From Pyrobaculum calidifontis JCM 11548 (lineage in GTDB: Archaea; Thermoproteota; Thermoprotei; Thermoproteales; Thermoproteaceae), in NCBI RefSeq assembly GCF_000015805.1, contig NC_009073.1, positions 1,440,001 to 1,472,000 on the forward strand: a stretch of DNA of 32,000 nucleotides, given 5' to 3'. A model generated the notes under the pieces. It made no database searches, was not told where the DNA came from, and saw nothing but the letters and a program-made list of their open reading frames with translations. Both the position numbers and the translations under genes were made by a program. Below, in pieces: positions 30,799 through 32,000 of this stretch. Within the stretch, counting starts at the first letter, position 1, and each line of letters opens with the position of its first letter.

Positions 30799-31752
30799 GT
30801 GCTTGCGGCTGTCTTGGAGGGGCCTAGGAGGCTCTTTGTGCGAGAGGTGGCGGTGCCCAGGGTGGAGGGGTATGCCCTTGTGAGGAGCGAGCTCGTGGGG
30901 ATATGTGGAACTGACAAGGCCTTCTACGTTGGCACATACCCTCTCTTTAAGCGCCCCCTCGTGCCTGGCCACGAGGTTGTGGGAATAGTGGTGGAGGGGC
31001 CGCCCCACTTGGTGGGGAGGCGGGTGGTGAGCGAGATAAACTTCCCGGACTGGTCTTGCGACTACTGTAGGTCGGGGCTGTATACCCACTGTCCCTACAA
31101 GCGGACCTTGGGCATAGACTTCGACGGGGGCATGGCGGAGTTCTTCGCCGCCCCGCCCACGGCGTTGCACGTCTTCGATGGGCCGCCGGAGTTGGGCATC
31201 TTCGTGGAGCCCCTCGCCGCGGTGTTAAACGCCTTTGCCATTAGGCCGATTCGCCCTGGGGACAAGGTGGCTGTGATTGGCACGGGTAACGTGGCCCAGC
31301 TGGCGGCGCAGGCGGCGAGGGCACTCGGCGCGTCGCGGGTAGACGGCGTGGTTAGGCGGGGGAGCAGGAAGGCCGCAACCCTCGCCAAGTTCGTAGACGC
31401 AGTGGTGGAGGAGCCGGCCGAATCCGCCTACGACGTGGTCTTCGAGGCCTCGGGTGACCCCTCGGCGCTGGAGCTGGCGGTGCGCTTGGCCAAGCCCAGG
31501 GGGGTCGTCCACCTGAAGTCCACGCCGGGCCTCCCAGCGACTTTCAACGCCACGTACTTCGTGGTGAAGGAGGTGGCTGTGGTGGGGTCGAGGTGCGGCA
31601 CCTTTAGGGAGTTTAGGGAGGCGATACGCCTTCTGCTAAGCGGCGCGGTTAAGCCCACTCTAGACGCCGTCTTCCCTCTCGCAGAGGCGCGGGAGGCCTT
31701 TGAATACGCCGTGGAAAAGTCGCCGACTAAGGTGGCAGTCCGCGTCTCCTAG
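30799..31752 (+). CDS. Zinc-dependent alcohol/threonine dehydrogenase-like oxidoreductase (MDR family)
   Basis: GICGTDKAFY, PLVPGHEVVG, the structural-zinc lobe CDYCRSGLYTHC, and the Rossmann motif VAVIGTGNVAQLAAQ. The start is taken at GTG 30799 (MLAAVLEGPRR...), which has ttatattttta (30771-81) about 23 nt upstream. The ORF remains open back to 30619, but that extension has no MDR counterpart. Confidence 0.75.
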   Translation: MLAAVLEGPRRLFVREVAVPRVEGYALVRSELVGICGTDKAFYVGTYPLFKRPLVPGHEVVGIVVEGPPHLVGRRVVSEINFPDWSCDYCRSGLYTHCPYKRTLGIDFDGGMAEFFAAPPTALHVFDGPPELGIFVEPLAAVLNAFAIRPIRPGDKVAVIGTGNVAQLAAQAARALGASRVDGVVRRGSRKAATLAKFVDAVVEEPAESAYDVVFEASGDPSALELAVRLAKPRGVVHLKSTPGLPATFNATYFVVKEVAVVGSRCGTFREFREAIRLLLSGAVKPTLDAVFPLAEAREAFEYAVEKSPTKVAVRVS

Positions 31753-32000
31753 GCGGCCAGCCGCTTTAACATTTCCACAAGCCTCAGCGCCTCCTCTCTG
31801 TGTCTGTCAAAGGAGGGCTTTTTGAGGAAGTTGTGGTAAAAATTCGCATGTAGCTTCTCGGCGATGCTGAACAGCGTTGAATACTCCGGATTCCCAGTCT
31901 CCTCCACCAACGCCTCTACCGCCTCCCACAAGCCTCTCTGCGTGTAATTCGGCATCCCCCTCTTCTCTGCTACAACGCTCAACAGCGCGACCACAGCCCC
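31749..32000 (-). CDS. PaREP1-like (HEPN-like) protein, probably truncated by the window edge
   Basis: The C-terminal segment FSIAEKLHANFYHNF...ALRLVEMLKRLAA parallels ALSLHEYQYNG...VVAIVEKYAASIK of the 385-888 protein. The frame is still open at position 32000 upstream of the GTG at 31994. Confidence 0.5.
   Translation of the reverse strand, partial: GAVVALLSVVAEKRGMPNYTQRGLWEAVEALVEETGNPEYSTLFSIAEKLHANFYHNFLKKPSFDRHREEALRLVEMLKRLAA

Noticed and set aside
1-32000. CRISPR arrays, rRNA genes, IS elements or integrases
   Set aside because: There are no regularly spaced direct repeats, no rRNA-like conserved stretches, and no transposase or integrase motifs in any frame of the ORF track.

Overview
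GC-rich archaeal chromosome segment, most likely from a Thermoproteales crenarchaeon (Pyrobaculum/Thermoproteus-like). The basis is inference from four observations: PaREP1-family genes at both ends, A/T boxes about 20-27 nt upstream of ATG/GTG/TTG starts (leaderless style), nine ATGA stop/start overlaps, and a tRNA-Arg with a non-canonical T-loop intron.

The core of the window (about 10.9-29.7 kb) is a nearly self-contained nickel/H2 module. It contains an ECF-type Ni/Co importer (CbiM/NikM, a PDGLE-type small subunit, CbiQ, CbiO) and NikR. It also contains a full maturation set (HypF, HypC, HypD, HypE, HypA, Mrp/MinD-type HypB). The structural genes are a Tat-exported membrane-bound [NiFe] hydrogenase in Isp-type order (small subunit, cytochrome-b Isp1, HdrD-like Isp2, large subunit) followed by its C-terminal endopeptidase.

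Several uncharacterised or degenerate genes are interleaved with these known genes and translationally coupled to them:
- an acetyl-CoA-synthetase-like protein that lacks the P-loop and the catalytic-Lys motif, fused by ATGA to cbiO
- a truncated MBL-fold protein between hypD and hypE
- an endopeptidase paralog with all three metal ligands substituted
- small ORFs and a wHTH regulator

The left third (0.3-10.4 kb) is a mixed set of housekeeping and accessory genes:
- an NTP-transferase::ParB/Srx-like fusion coupled to a UPF0282 MBL protein
- a membrane-tethered wHTH protein
- a KptA/Tpt1 gene followed by a coiled-coil nuclease-like gene
- a DsrE-like protein
- His-type Thi4 with an overlapping TRASH zinc-finger gene
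- a GNAT acetyltransferase and an aldo/keto reductase

The right end carries the intron-containing tRNA-Arg(CCG), a C/D-box sRNA candidate with a 10-bp terminal stem, and a zinc alcohol dehydrogenase. I saw no CRISPR array, rRNA or intact mobile element. All functional calls come from motif reading by eye; no database search was run.
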